Source of the DNA: a virus
Taxonomy: Duplodnaviria; Caudoviricetes
Direction: 5' to 3' (one strand)
Length of the DNA stretch: 24,199 nucleotides
IMG/VR virus record: IMGVR_UViG_3300006120_001133
Location: 1-24,199 of that record
Shown here: piece by piece, positions 8,348 through 16,018 of the stretch
Layout: the number at the start of each line of letters is the position of its first letter
Position numbering within the stretch: position 1 is the first letter of the stretch
Position numbers and translations under genes: made by a program
Notes under the pieces: generated by a model
Told to the model about the DNA's origin: nothing
Seen by the model: only the letters and a program-made list of their open reading frames with translations
Databases searched by the model: none

Positions 8348-8420
8348 TGCCTCCAGTAGGGCTCGAACCTACGACCCGCAGATTAAAAGTCTGCTGCTCT
8401 ACCAACTGAGCTATAGAAGC
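8348..8420 (-). tRNA. tRNA-Lys(TTT)
   Basis: Cloverleaf; GCAGA-CTTTTAA-TCTGC anticodon arm; TTCGAGC T-loop. Confidence 0.95.
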
Positions 8421-8421
8421 G

Positions 8422-8494
8422 TACCCCAAGACAGATTCGAACTGTCGCTGTATGGATTTTAAGTCCACTATCTCTACCGCTGGATTACTGGGGC
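8422..8494 (-). tRNA. tRNA-Leu(TAA) with short variable loop
   Basis: GTGGA-CTTAAAA-TCCAT anticodon arm; 5-nt variable region; TTCGAAT T-loop. Confidence 0.9.
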
Positions 8495-8495
8495 G

Positions 8496-8568
8496 TGACC
8501 TCTGTAGGATTTGAACCTACGACCAACAGGGTAGAAACCTGTGACTCTATCCACTGAGCTAAGAGGCC
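8496..8568 (-). tRNA. tRNA-Arg(TCT)
   Basis: ACAGG-TTTCTAC-CCTGT anticodon arm; acceptor GGCCTCT/AGAGGTC. Confidence 0.92.
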
Positions 8569-8599
8569 AAATAAAACAGGCCCCATTTCTAGGACCTGT
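8569..8599 (-). terminator. Terminator-like hairpin between dps and the tRNA cluster
   Basis: ACAGGTCCTA-GAAA-TGGGGCCTGT followed by TTTATTT. Confidence 0.7.
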
Positions 8600-8615
8600 G
8601 TTAAGTTGTAAATGT

Positions 8616-8645
8616 ATTATACTACTACTTTAGCGTTGATGTCAA
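8616..8645 (-). promoter_or_regulatory. Consensus promoter overlapping the dps 3' end, facing the tRNA cluster
   Basis: TTGACA-N18-TATAAT. Confidence 0.8.
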
Positions 8646-9068
8646 CTGCCATTGCCAAAACTTATGTTGCTCAATTCTTCCAGCAATGAAATTACAGATC
8701 CCCTGTTCATCTAATTCATTAGATATATCATAAGTCCTTCTTAGCATAGCAAGAACAACCGTATTTGTTTGAACTAATTCTTGCAACATAGTACGTGCAT
8801 CAAGATCTTCTGAATCATTTATCTCTAAAGCACTTCCTTCAAGCCATGACTTTAAACCAAATGGTGCTTTCGCACCTAGTTTGCGGATATTTTCTGCAAT
8901 TGGGTCAATAGACTCATAAACATCTGAGTAAATTTTTAATAAAAACTTATGATATTGTGGAAAATTTGATCCCTCAACATTCCAGTGGTACCCGTGTGAT
9001 TGAACATACATTTTTACAACCATTGACTTTAAAGTTTTTAAAGCATCAATTAAATCTTTTTCTTCCAT
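8625..9068 (-). CDS. dps: Dps-family mini-ferritin
   Basis: HGYHWNVEGSNFPQYH and DPIAENIRKLG ferroxidase motifs; C-terminal HKFWQWQL. Confidence 0.92.
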   Translation of the reverse strand: MEEKDLIDALKTLKSMVVKMYVQSHGYHWNVEGSNFPQYHKFLLKIYSDVYESIDPIAENIRKLGAKAPFGLKSWLEGSALEINDSEDLDARTMLQELVQTNTVVLAMLRRTYDISNELDEQGICNFIAGRIEQHKFWQWQLTSTLK

Positions 9069-9316
9069 TATAAATTCCTTATCAATTTTTCATCTGGCGT
9101 ATTTGGATCATTTTCTGTATATAAAGCTTTTATTGTTTTTTTATCTTCAACTGATTGGCTCCACTCTGCAAACCCAATTATAAACATAATTGATGGAACA
9201 ATTAAATCAGTAGCCTTTGCTGGTAAATATTTGTGCAGCCATATTATTATAGCAGAAGTATAACCAGTCAACCTAGCTGGATATCTTTTAGTATACGTAA
9301 ATAATTTATTTAACAT
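9068..9316 (-). CDS. Small membrane protein with two hydrophobic segments (holin-like layout); likely start 9316
   Basis: Hydrophobic stretches GYTSAIIIWL and LIVPSIMFIIGF with a charged C-terminus. Confidence 0.55.
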   Translation of the reverse strand: MLNKLFTYTKRYPARLTGYTSAIIIWLHKYLPAKATDLIVPSIMFIIGFAEWSQSVEDKKTIKALYTENDPNTPDEKLIRNL

Positions 9317-9320
9317 ATTA

Positions 9321-9884
9321 TTAAGAGTTAGATCTTCCGCTTTTATCTGATCGGTTTCCGTACCCCGCCGATGGCTCTCCATCTTTCTGTGGTGGGCTAT
9401 TGTATGTTGAGTTGTATCTCATATCTTGCATTTGCGATCCCATAACTGGTGCAAAAGATCCATTCCAAAAATTAAATGAACCAATTCCTTCTTGCTCTGG
9501 CAATGTTTTTTCAACTATTGGTTCTGTAACTGCTAATGCTTCCAAAGCTTTTTGTGCTTCTTCTTTAGTTAAATAACAACCAATTGATTGTCCAGTCCCG
9601 CCCTTTAATACAGACCATCCATTTTGACAATCTGCTGTGCCAAACTCTATTGACCAGCCAACACCACCAGAAATTCTTCCCGCACCTGCTGATTCTTTTT
9701 TTACAGGAATACAATTTGGCACTGTTTTTCCATCTTGTTCTTTTGTACCAGCGTACTCATAGCCGTCCCAGCAGGGGCCTTGGCCTTTATCAATGCAGTA
9801 AGAACATTTTTCAACATCAGAAATATAGTGATGATCATTTCCTAGGTCGTCGCATCCGCAAGTCATACATTTATTAGTCGTCAT
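9321..9884 (-). CDS. Cys-containing modular phage protein, possibly head-associated
   Basis: CMTCGC, GPCWDGYEYAGTKEQDGKTVPNCIP module, FWNGSFAPV motif shared with 5416..6009. Confidence 0.75.
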   Translation of the reverse strand: MTTNKCMTCGCDDLGNDHHYISDVEKCSYCIDKGQGPCWDGYEYAGTKEQDGKTVPNCIPVKKESAGAGRISGGVGWSIEFGTADCQNGWSVLKGGTGQSIGCYLTKEEAQKALEALAVTEPIVEKTLPEQEGIGSFNFWNGSFAPVMGSQMQDMRYNSTYNSPPQKDGEPSAGYGNRSDKSGRSNS

Positions 9885-9926
9885 ACCAAAATTATATCAG
9901 AAAATTAAAAATTTTAAAAAATTACT

Positions 9927-10601
9927 TTACAGTGGATTCCAAACAAAATCTGAGTCAAAACCCTTAAATTCGTGCTCTTTATTGGTAGTTGCCCAAAAAA
10001 TTAAGGCATCTCTGGTGCCACCTTTAAGTAAATCTGTTGCATGCCAAAGATCTGCTTGAAATAAAACCATTTCATGTTTTTTTTGATGATGCATAAAACC
10101 ATTTAAAACCTCTTCATATAATGGAAAATCTACATCTGATTTAAAATCATTTAAAAATACAATATTTCCACCATCATAACCATCGTTTAAATATAAAGAT
10201 GCACTATAAGCCAATTTATTTGGCTCTCCATGTACGCTTTCATGTATGTCTTGATGAAGCCTAAGCTGTATCCCAGGTTCCAATCTAGTAATTGAATATC
10301 CATAAAAATATATTTTTTTATTTTTATAAAAACTTTTACATTGTTCAATAAAAAAATTTGAGTATTTTGTTAAAACACTTTCTATTTCTTTAAATAAATT
10401 TGGAGCTTTGTTGTCTGGAAAAACAGCCCTATATCCCATGCCTTTTTTATGAGCATAACCAATGTTTCCTCTAAATTTTGTTTCATCAGATTGATATTTA
10501 TCTATAAAATCAGTAATTTCTTTTGCATCTTTTGTATTAATTGCATCAGGTATTATTTTAATTTTATTCTTATATTGTTCTTTAATTAAATCTTTTTCCA
10601 T
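9927..10601 (-). CDS. 2OG-Fe(II) oxygenase, prolyl-4-hydroxylase-like
   Basis: LHQD, YSASLYLNDGYDGGNIVF, WHAT, distal Arg (GTRD). Confidence 0.85.
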   Translation of the reverse strand: MEKDLIKEQYKNKIKIIPDAINTKDAKEITDFIDKYQSDETKFRGNIGYAHKKGMGYRAVFPDNKAPNLFKEIESVLTKYSNFFIEQCKSFYKNKKIYFYGYSITRLEPGIQLRLHQDIHESVHGEPNKLAYSASLYLNDGYDGGNIVFLNDFKSDVDFPLYEEVLNGFMHHQKKHEMVLFQADLWHATDLLKGGTRDALIFWATTNKEHEFKGFDSDFVWNPL

Positions 10602-10605
10602 TTTG

Positions 10606-10677
10606 AGCCCCGTTTCAGGATTGAACTGAAGACCTTCCGCTTACAAGGCGGATGCTCTACCACTGAGCTAACAAGGC
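10606..10677 (-). tRNA. tRNA-Thr(TGT)
   Basis: TCCGC-CTTGTAA-GCGGA anticodon arm; acceptor GCCTTGT/ACGGGGC; discriminator T. Confidence 0.93.
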
Positions 10678-10681
10678 CTAG

Positions 10682-10790
10682 GACTGCACACGGATTCCAG
10701 CACTAATGGCTGCCCTGTCTCACCACAACTCTTACATCGGGTGTACATCATATGTAACTATAACATCCCAAGGTGTGCCGTGTGCAATCT
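10682..10790 (-). ncRNA. Unidentified structured RNA upstream of tRNA-Thr
   Basis: 12-bp closing stem GATTGCACACGG/CCGTGTGCAGTC, internal hairpins, GC-richer than its flanks, TATAAT about 7 nt upstream. Confidence 0.65.
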
Positions 10791-10796
10791 ACTTTT

Positions 10797-10802
10797 ATTA
10801 TA
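10797..10802 (-). promoter_or_regulatory. -10 element for the ncRNA/tRNA-Thr transcript
   Basis: GTGTATAAT placed so that +1 falls at about 10790. Confidence 0.6.
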
Positions 10803-10804
10803 CA

Positions 10805-11548
10805 CTACAATGTTTCAGATCTTGTATATTTTTCGCCATCTTTTCTCCATAAAATAACAGAGTCCTCTGCATCGTACTCTCCATTTTCAGTATAGATATC
10901 TGGAAGATCAAATGTATACCAAATCGGCATTGTATATCTATTATTATTTCCTTTTACCTCTGTAATTAAATGCCTATGGTTACTTGGAAATATAACTAAG
11001 TCTCCAGGGCTTGGCTTTAAATAAAAGTCGTACTCTGGAAAAATTATTTCCCCGCCCTCATAGTTATCATTTAAATATATTAAAGCTGATATATTTAGCC
11101 TATAGTATGATGCATGAAAAGCAGGAGTTCCATCTGGTCTTTCACAATCTGCATGTAAGCCAGACTGCATACCTGGAGGCCATTTAACAAAGTGCAAACT
11201 ATTTTGTGGAACTTTTTTAACTTTTACTCCAAGAGTATCTGTAAAATATTTTACAACCTCATCATATATTTTGCTTTGATATTTTTTTAATAAATCATAG
11301 GCATGGGGGTCTTCTTCCTTAACATGAAAATCTCTTTTATCGTTTCCCCCTCTAAAATTATCATCATCTTTATATCTTTCAACATATGAATACATATAAT
11401 CAAGATCTTCTTTTTCAACAAAATTGTTCATTAAAATTAAATTATTTTTAGATTTACCAATTTTATCCCATTCAGCCTGAAACGATGAAAAGTCAATTTC
11501 ATTTTTAGGGTTAAAATTTGCAATTTTTTCTTCATTCATTTTTTTCAC
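10805..11548 (-). CDS. 2OG-Fe(II) oxygenase, prolyl-4-hydroxylase-like
   Basis: LHAD, ISALIYLNDNYEGGEIIF, PGDLVIFPS, HLITEV, RYT. Confidence 0.9.
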   Translation of the reverse strand: MKKMNEEKIANFNPKNEIDFSSFQAEWDKIGKSKNNLILMNNFVEKEDLDYMYSYVERYKDDDNFRGGNDKRDFHVKEEDPHAYDLLKKYQSKIYDEVVKYFTDTLGVKVKKVPQNSLHFVKWPPGMQSGLHADCERPDGTPAFHASYYRLNISALIYLNDNYEGGEIIFPEYDFYLKPSPGDLVIFPSNHRHLITEVKGNNNRYTMPIWYTFDLPDIYTENGEYDAEDSVILWRKDGEKYTRSETL

Positions 11549-12449
11549 CTTTTTCTATGCTTATTTTATCATATTTTTCTTTAACTTTGTAAAAACTATT
11601 TTCTAAGCCTATTTCTTTCCAAAAATCCTTAATATTTCTTTTTGCATTTTGAATTTTTAACAAACTTTTTTCATTATAAAGCCAAGCTTTTGCAAATTCA
11701 TGATATAAATCATTATCTTTTTCTTGATAATAAACACTATTATATTTTTTATCATTAATTTTTTGATCACCATATACTATTTGATTGTAATTTCTATTAT
11801 CATGTATAAATGGACAATGATAGATGTCGTACAAATCATAACCCATCATTATTAAAACAAAACTTAAATATGCAACCTCATGCATTGCATAAGAAATTTT
11901 ATCGTAAGAAATATTTTTTGCAACTTTTGAATCCATAAATGTTCCACCACCAGAAAATCTTTGTGTTTTAAAAAATTTATTTTTATTTGCTTTACCATAA
12001 AATACTTCATGGTTAAAGGTTAGTGGAAATTCATTTGCAATTAACCATTTTACATCACAAGATCTGTCTTCATAATTTTCTTGGCTGGGTGCAGCACATA
12101 TTATTCCATTTGGATTAATTTTTTTTAATTCATTTAACAAATTAATTAAAGTTTCATCCCAATTTTTTTCAAATCTAGTATGAGAATCTATTTGAAAAAA
12201 ATAATCTTCCTCAAACATCATTTCTTTTAAAAGATATCTTACTTTTACTAAACCAGGTCTTGTTTCTGAATCAAAAGATAAAATCCTTTTTTGTTTTTTA
12301 TTTAAAAATGAAAGATTTGGCTCATTATTATATTGTAAACATATTCCAAAAACTAAATCTTTTGGATTTTTTGCATTATCTATTGCGGATTTAATAGTTT
12401 CTACTAAATCTGGATCTTCGTATGAAGCTATAGATATAAATATTGACAT
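11532..12449 (-). CDS. GT-A glycosyltransferase resembling Skp1-hydroxyproline GlcNAc transferase Gnt1 (GT60)
   Basis: IFISIASYEDPDL...AKNPKDLVFGICLQ and YFFQIDSHTRFEKNWDETLI (DSH motif) match the family signature. Confidence 0.8.
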   Translation of the reverse strand: MSIFISIASYEDPDLVETIKSAIDNAKNPKDLVFGICLQYNNEPNLSFLNKKQKRILSFDSETRPGLVKVRYLLKEMMFEEDYFFQIDSHTRFEKNWDETLINLLNELKKINPNGIICAAPSQENYEDRSCDVKWLIANEFPLTFNHEVFYGKANKNKFFKTQRFSGGGTFMDSKVAKNISYDKISYAMHEVAYLSFVLIMMGYDLYDIYHCPFIHDNRNYNQIVYGDQKINDKKYNSVYYQEKDNDLYHEFAKAWLYNEKSLLKIQNAKRNIKDFWKEIGLENSFYKVKEKYDKISIEKGEKNE

Positions 12450-12450
12450 T

Positions 12451-13251
12451 TTATCTTTTCAAAAAAGATTTTGCAAATAATTCTTGAGCTTCGCCACTCC
12501 AAATATCATTATCATTTTCTGGTAAATCTATATTAAAAAAATATCTATGTGGATAAGCATTTAAAAAATCATTTGTAGATTTGTCCCAGCTCGACCAAAT
12601 TAATTTTATTTTATTGCTATAACAATACTCTTCTAGATATCTAATTTGATTTAAATAATTATATGCCAATAATTCTAGTGGGTAATCTTTTGGTTCAGCC
12701 ATTAAATTATGCTCTACTTCTTTATCTCTACCCTCTAAAGTATTTTTGTATTGTCTATAAATTTTTGGCTTAAAAATAAAATCATTTTTTATTTTTTCAT
12801 CAACTAACCAGACGCCAACTTTTCTAATTAATTCTGGCATTAAAAGAAAAATTTGATCGGGATTTCCATAATTTTTAAAATATTTAAATAAATTAGAAAT
12901 TATTCTTTCTGGTGCTGCACCAGTGTATGCTAAGTTTCTAAAATCTTTTCCATTTGGGACAAGAGTGTTATAAACAATACTGGCCCAACCTTTTTCTTGA
13001 TCTACCCCTTGTGGCACCGTGATTTCACATCCTGCAAATACAATATGGTTTTCTGGAGTTTTTTCTGTAATATCATCGCATCTAAGACCTAGATTATTAA
13101 GTTTGTATGTTGTCGTATACTCATCTGAACCTGGTGTAAACCATGGTGGATATGGAAATCCGCTATCAACAAGAGGTTCTACTTGATCCGACATCCAAAG
13201 TCTATATTCTGGTTTATCTGGAAATGTTTTAAATAAATATTCGTGGTCCAT
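12451..13251 (-). CDS. SGNH-like protein (paralogue 2), catalytic residues apparently lost
   Basis: LNNLGLRCDD, VFAGCE in place of GCS, NLAYTGA, no terminal His motif. Confidence 0.55.
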   Translation of the reverse strand: MDHEYLFKTFPDKPEYRLWMSDQVEPLVDSGFPYPPWFTPGSDEYTTTYKLNNLGLRCDDITEKTPENHIVFAGCEITVPQGVDQEKGWASIVYNTLVPNGKDFRNLAYTGAAPERIISNLFKYFKNYGNPDQIFLLMPELIRKVGVWLVDEKIKNDFIFKPKIYRQYKNTLEGRDKEVEHNLMAEPKDYPLELLAYNYLNQIRYLEEYCYSNKIKLIWSSWDKSTNDFLNAYPHRYFFNIDLPENDNDIWSGEAQELFAKSFLKR

Positions 13252-13266
13252 TGTTATCCTTAATCT

Positions 13267-14691
13267 CTATACAATTATAGCAGAGTTGTAGATAGCATTC
13301 CATTCATCAATATCTTTCCAATCATTTAGCAATGGTTGACCTTTTATATTTAAACTAGTATTTAAAAGAACTGGAACTCCAGTTAATTTATGCCATTCAG
13401 ATAATACAGCATAAAGTCCAGGGTGTTGATCTTTATTAACTGTTTGAACTCTAGAGGTGCCATCTTTATGTACAACTGCTGGAATTAAATCTGGCTTTAA
13501 ACATTTTACTGCATATTGCATATATGGCGTTGGCTTGCCCTTGGGCATGTCAAACCATTCATTTGCATGTTCTTCCATAACAACTGGGGCAAATGGTCTA
13601 AACAGTTCTCTTTGTTTAATTTTATTAACTCTGTCCTTTACATCAATATGTGTTGGATCAGCTAATATACTTCTATTACCAAACGCTCTGGGGCCAAATT
13701 CTGCACGACCCGCTGCTACTGGTGCTATGCCTTTACTAACTAATTCGTCTAAAATTTTTTCAACTGGATATTCATTTCCTAAATCATACCCAAGATAGGG
13801 ACCTTCCCATTTTATATGGGATCCACGTAATGCTAAAGATGCCCCTAAGCTAGAACCAGCGTCTCCTGGATTTGGCATTATCCAAATATCATCAAACAAA
13901 TCCCATAAAATTGTATTTGCAGAACAATTTAATGCACATCCGCCCATAAATACAAGTTTTGTTTTTCCAGTCTTCTTTCTGGCGTATTGCATAAATTCAT
14001 ATAGTCTTCTTTCGTATACAAGTTGTGCTGCGGCTGCAATATGAAATTTGTTTATTTCGTTTGGAACGTGACCCCAATCAGTTATACCTTTATGAAAATT
14101 ATATTTTTGCTTATTTATATTTGGAAAATACTCATTAACTTTTTTAAAATATTTATTTGGATTTCCATATGCAGCCATACCCATCATAATATATTCTTCT
14201 TGATTAGGCATAAGACCAATTAATTGTGTAAATGCTGAATAAAACAATCCAAAGCTTAATGGATAATTTCTTTTTTCTACTAAGGATATTTTTTCACCGA
14301 CTCCAGTCCAAATTGTTGATGTGTTAAATTCACCAATTGCATCTAGGACAACAATAACAGCGTCGTCAAATGGACTTGTGTAATATCCTGCTGCTGCATG
14401 AGAATAGTGGTGCTTAAACTCTTTTGCTTTTATTCCTTTGTCAGCAGGCTTCCAATCAGCCGCCCCGCCACGTAACTTAATTCTTAATCTTTTTAAGCGG
14501 GATTTTTCATAGTAGGCAGCCTTATCTGGAATACCATACTTAAGTAAATCACGGTATACCTCATTATTGTTGTACCAATCATTTTTTTTCTTACTATATC
14601 TTTCAGCATGCCCAGCAAACAATATTTTTTTATCATCAATCAATGCCATAGCAGCATCATGAGATGTTTCATTAAACCCCAATATGTTCAT
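13267..14691 (-). CDS. O-carbamoyltransferase (NodU/CmcH/TobZ family)
   Basis: HDAA, ERYSKKK, HHYSHAA, LDAIGE, MGMAAYG, GGCALNC, GDAG, EFGPRAFGNRSILADP, RPFAP, LNTSLN. Confidence 0.95.
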   Translation of the reverse strand: MNILGFNETSHDAAMALIDDKKILFAGHAERYSKKKNDWYNNNEVYRDLLKYGIPDKAAYYEKSRLKRLRIKLRGGAADWKPADKGIKAKEFKHHYSHAAAGYYTSPFDDAVIVVLDAIGEFNTSTIWTGVGEKISLVEKRNYPLSFGLFYSAFTQLIGLMPNQEEYIMMGMAAYGNPNKYFKKVNEYFPNINKQKYNFHKGITDWGHVPNEINKFHIAAAAQLVYERRLYEFMQYARKKTGKTKLVFMGGCALNCSANTILWDLFDDIWIMPNPGDAGSSLGASLALRGSHIKWEGPYLGYDLGNEYPVEKILDELVSKGIAPVAAGRAEFGPRAFGNRSILADPTHIDVKDRVNKIKQRELFRPFAPVVMEEHANEWFDMPKGKPTPYMQYAVKCLKPDLIPAVVHKDGTSRVQTVNKDQHPGLYAVLSEWHKLTGVPVLLNTSLNIKGQPLLNDWKDIDEWNAIYNSAIIV

Positions 14692-15868
14692 TTAAAATTA
14701 ACTCCTTAAAATGTTCTGCAACGTGTGCATGGTAGTGTGTTCCTGGATGAGATTCAAATTCTCCTGTAGCTGAAGAAAGAAAATATCTATCTGTTCCACG
14801 ATAAAAAATATCTTCATTTTGCTTAAGTAAATCTTTATGGCAAAAATCTTTAAAATTTTCTTCATTATTAAAAAAATCTTTTGAATTTGTTTGTATTCCA
14901 AAAATACAAGTATATGACATTTCATCATCAAAATTAAATATTTTTTTTATTTTATTTGTAGAATTTTTAAAATAACTATAATAGTTTTTTAAAGAATTAG
15001 TATTGTTTTTTATTGAATCCATTGCAATTTCTGATTCTGGAGACCACGAAGAATAATATAAATCAATACCATTGGCAAAACAATATTGCTCAAGCATAAT
15101 TATATTGTGAATTGCAAGCATGTACGTAAGCTCAGGTGGGATCAAATCTTCTATGATGACTGGAGTTTTTATATACTTATCTAGCTTGTAGTTAAGTCCT
15201 TTTACATTTGACTGAATATCTCTTGCAAATTCCACTGAACCTTCTGATTTATTTTTTAAAGCTTTAAAATCATGAGAATCAATCATTGTTTTTTTATTTT
15301 TTGCAAACAATATCCTATAAAAATCTGGAAAAAGACATACTATTTTTTTAGGGTTGCCAAACTCTGTGCAATATCTAAATATATCTAGGACTATTTTTTG
15401 AACAGATGCACCTGGATATCCAATGTTAACCATATTTAAATTTAAATCTTTTGACAAAAGCACTGGCCATGAAAGTTTTTCTGGACAACCCATTCCAAAG
15501 GTAAATGAACATCCAGAAATTAAAATATCTGGATTTTTTATAAATTCTTGAGAACGATATCCATATGAATTATATTTATATTCAGACATATTGTCCGATA
15601 TCATATCGTTAATAACTAAATCGCCAAATTTTCCAGGCGTTCCAAATTTATCAAAACCATTATTTTGTTTTATTTTTTTCCAAAATTCATCATTTTCTTG
15701 CCAAACAATTGCTGAAGAATCTTTTGTTTTTAATTGAATTGTATTTTCAAAATTAGAAAAAAAACTATCAATATCTCCATAGTTTTTCATAATTTTATTT
15801 TCATAAAAAAATGATTCTGAAATATCAGATTTTATTAAATCTTTAAACAAATTATTTTTAATAGACAT
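14672..15868 (-). CDS. SGNH-like protein (paralogue 3)
   Basis: YNSYGYRSQEF, ISGCSFTFGMG, NIGYPGAS, C-terminal ESHPG. Confidence 0.65.
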   Translation of the reverse strand: MSIKNNLFKDLIKSDISESFFYENKIMKNYGDIDSFFSNFENTIQLKTKDSSAIVWQENDEFWKKIKQNNGFDKFGTPGKFGDLVINDMISDNMSEYKYNSYGYRSQEFIKNPDILISGCSFTFGMGCPEKLSWPVLLSKDLNLNMVNIGYPGASVQKIVLDIFRYCTEFGNPKKIVCLFPDFYRILFAKNKKTMIDSHDFKALKNKSEGSVEFARDIQSNVKGLNYKLDKYIKTPVIIEDLIPPELTYMLAIHNIIMLEQYCFANGIDLYYSSWSPESEIAMDSIKNNTNSLKNYYSYFKNSTNKIKKIFNFDDEMSYTCIFGIQTNSKDFFNNEENFKDFCHKDLLKQNEDIFYRGTDRYFLSSATGEFESHPGTHYHAHVAEHFKELILNEHIGV

Positions 15869-15929
15869 AATCTGATTTTACTTTCTTTCTTTTTCTTTTA
15901 AAAATTTTAAAGAACCAATACTTTAACAT
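15858..15929 (-). CDS. 23-aa basic peptide MLKYWFFKIFKRKRKKVKSDYVY (below the ORF-track cutoff)
   Basis: RBS GAAAGG upstream; fills the gap between tRNA(CAT) and the next gene, which it overlaps. Confidence 0.6.
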   Translation of the reverse strand: MLKYWFFKIFKRKRKKVKSDYVY

Positions 15930-15940
15930 ATAAACCTTTC

Positions 15941-16017
15941 TGGTGGAGCAGGTCAGACTTGAACTGACGATTACCGAATTATGAGTTCGGGGCTTTGACC
16001 AACTAAGCTACTGCTCC
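15941..16017 (-). tRNA. tRNA with CAT anticodon (elongator Met or Ile2), CCA encoded
   Basis: CCGAA-CTCATAA-TTCGG arm; paired G1-C72 and no GGG/CCC anticodon stem, so not an initiator. Confidence 0.9.
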
Positions 16018-16018
16018 G

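Noticed and set aside
10682-10790. Assignment of the ncRNA as SRP RNA, tRNA, hammerhead or group II intron domain V
   Set aside because: It lacks the SRP tetraloop/AGCA helix context, a cloverleaf with TTC loop, the CTGATGA/GAAA core and a proper domain V stem, so it was left unassigned
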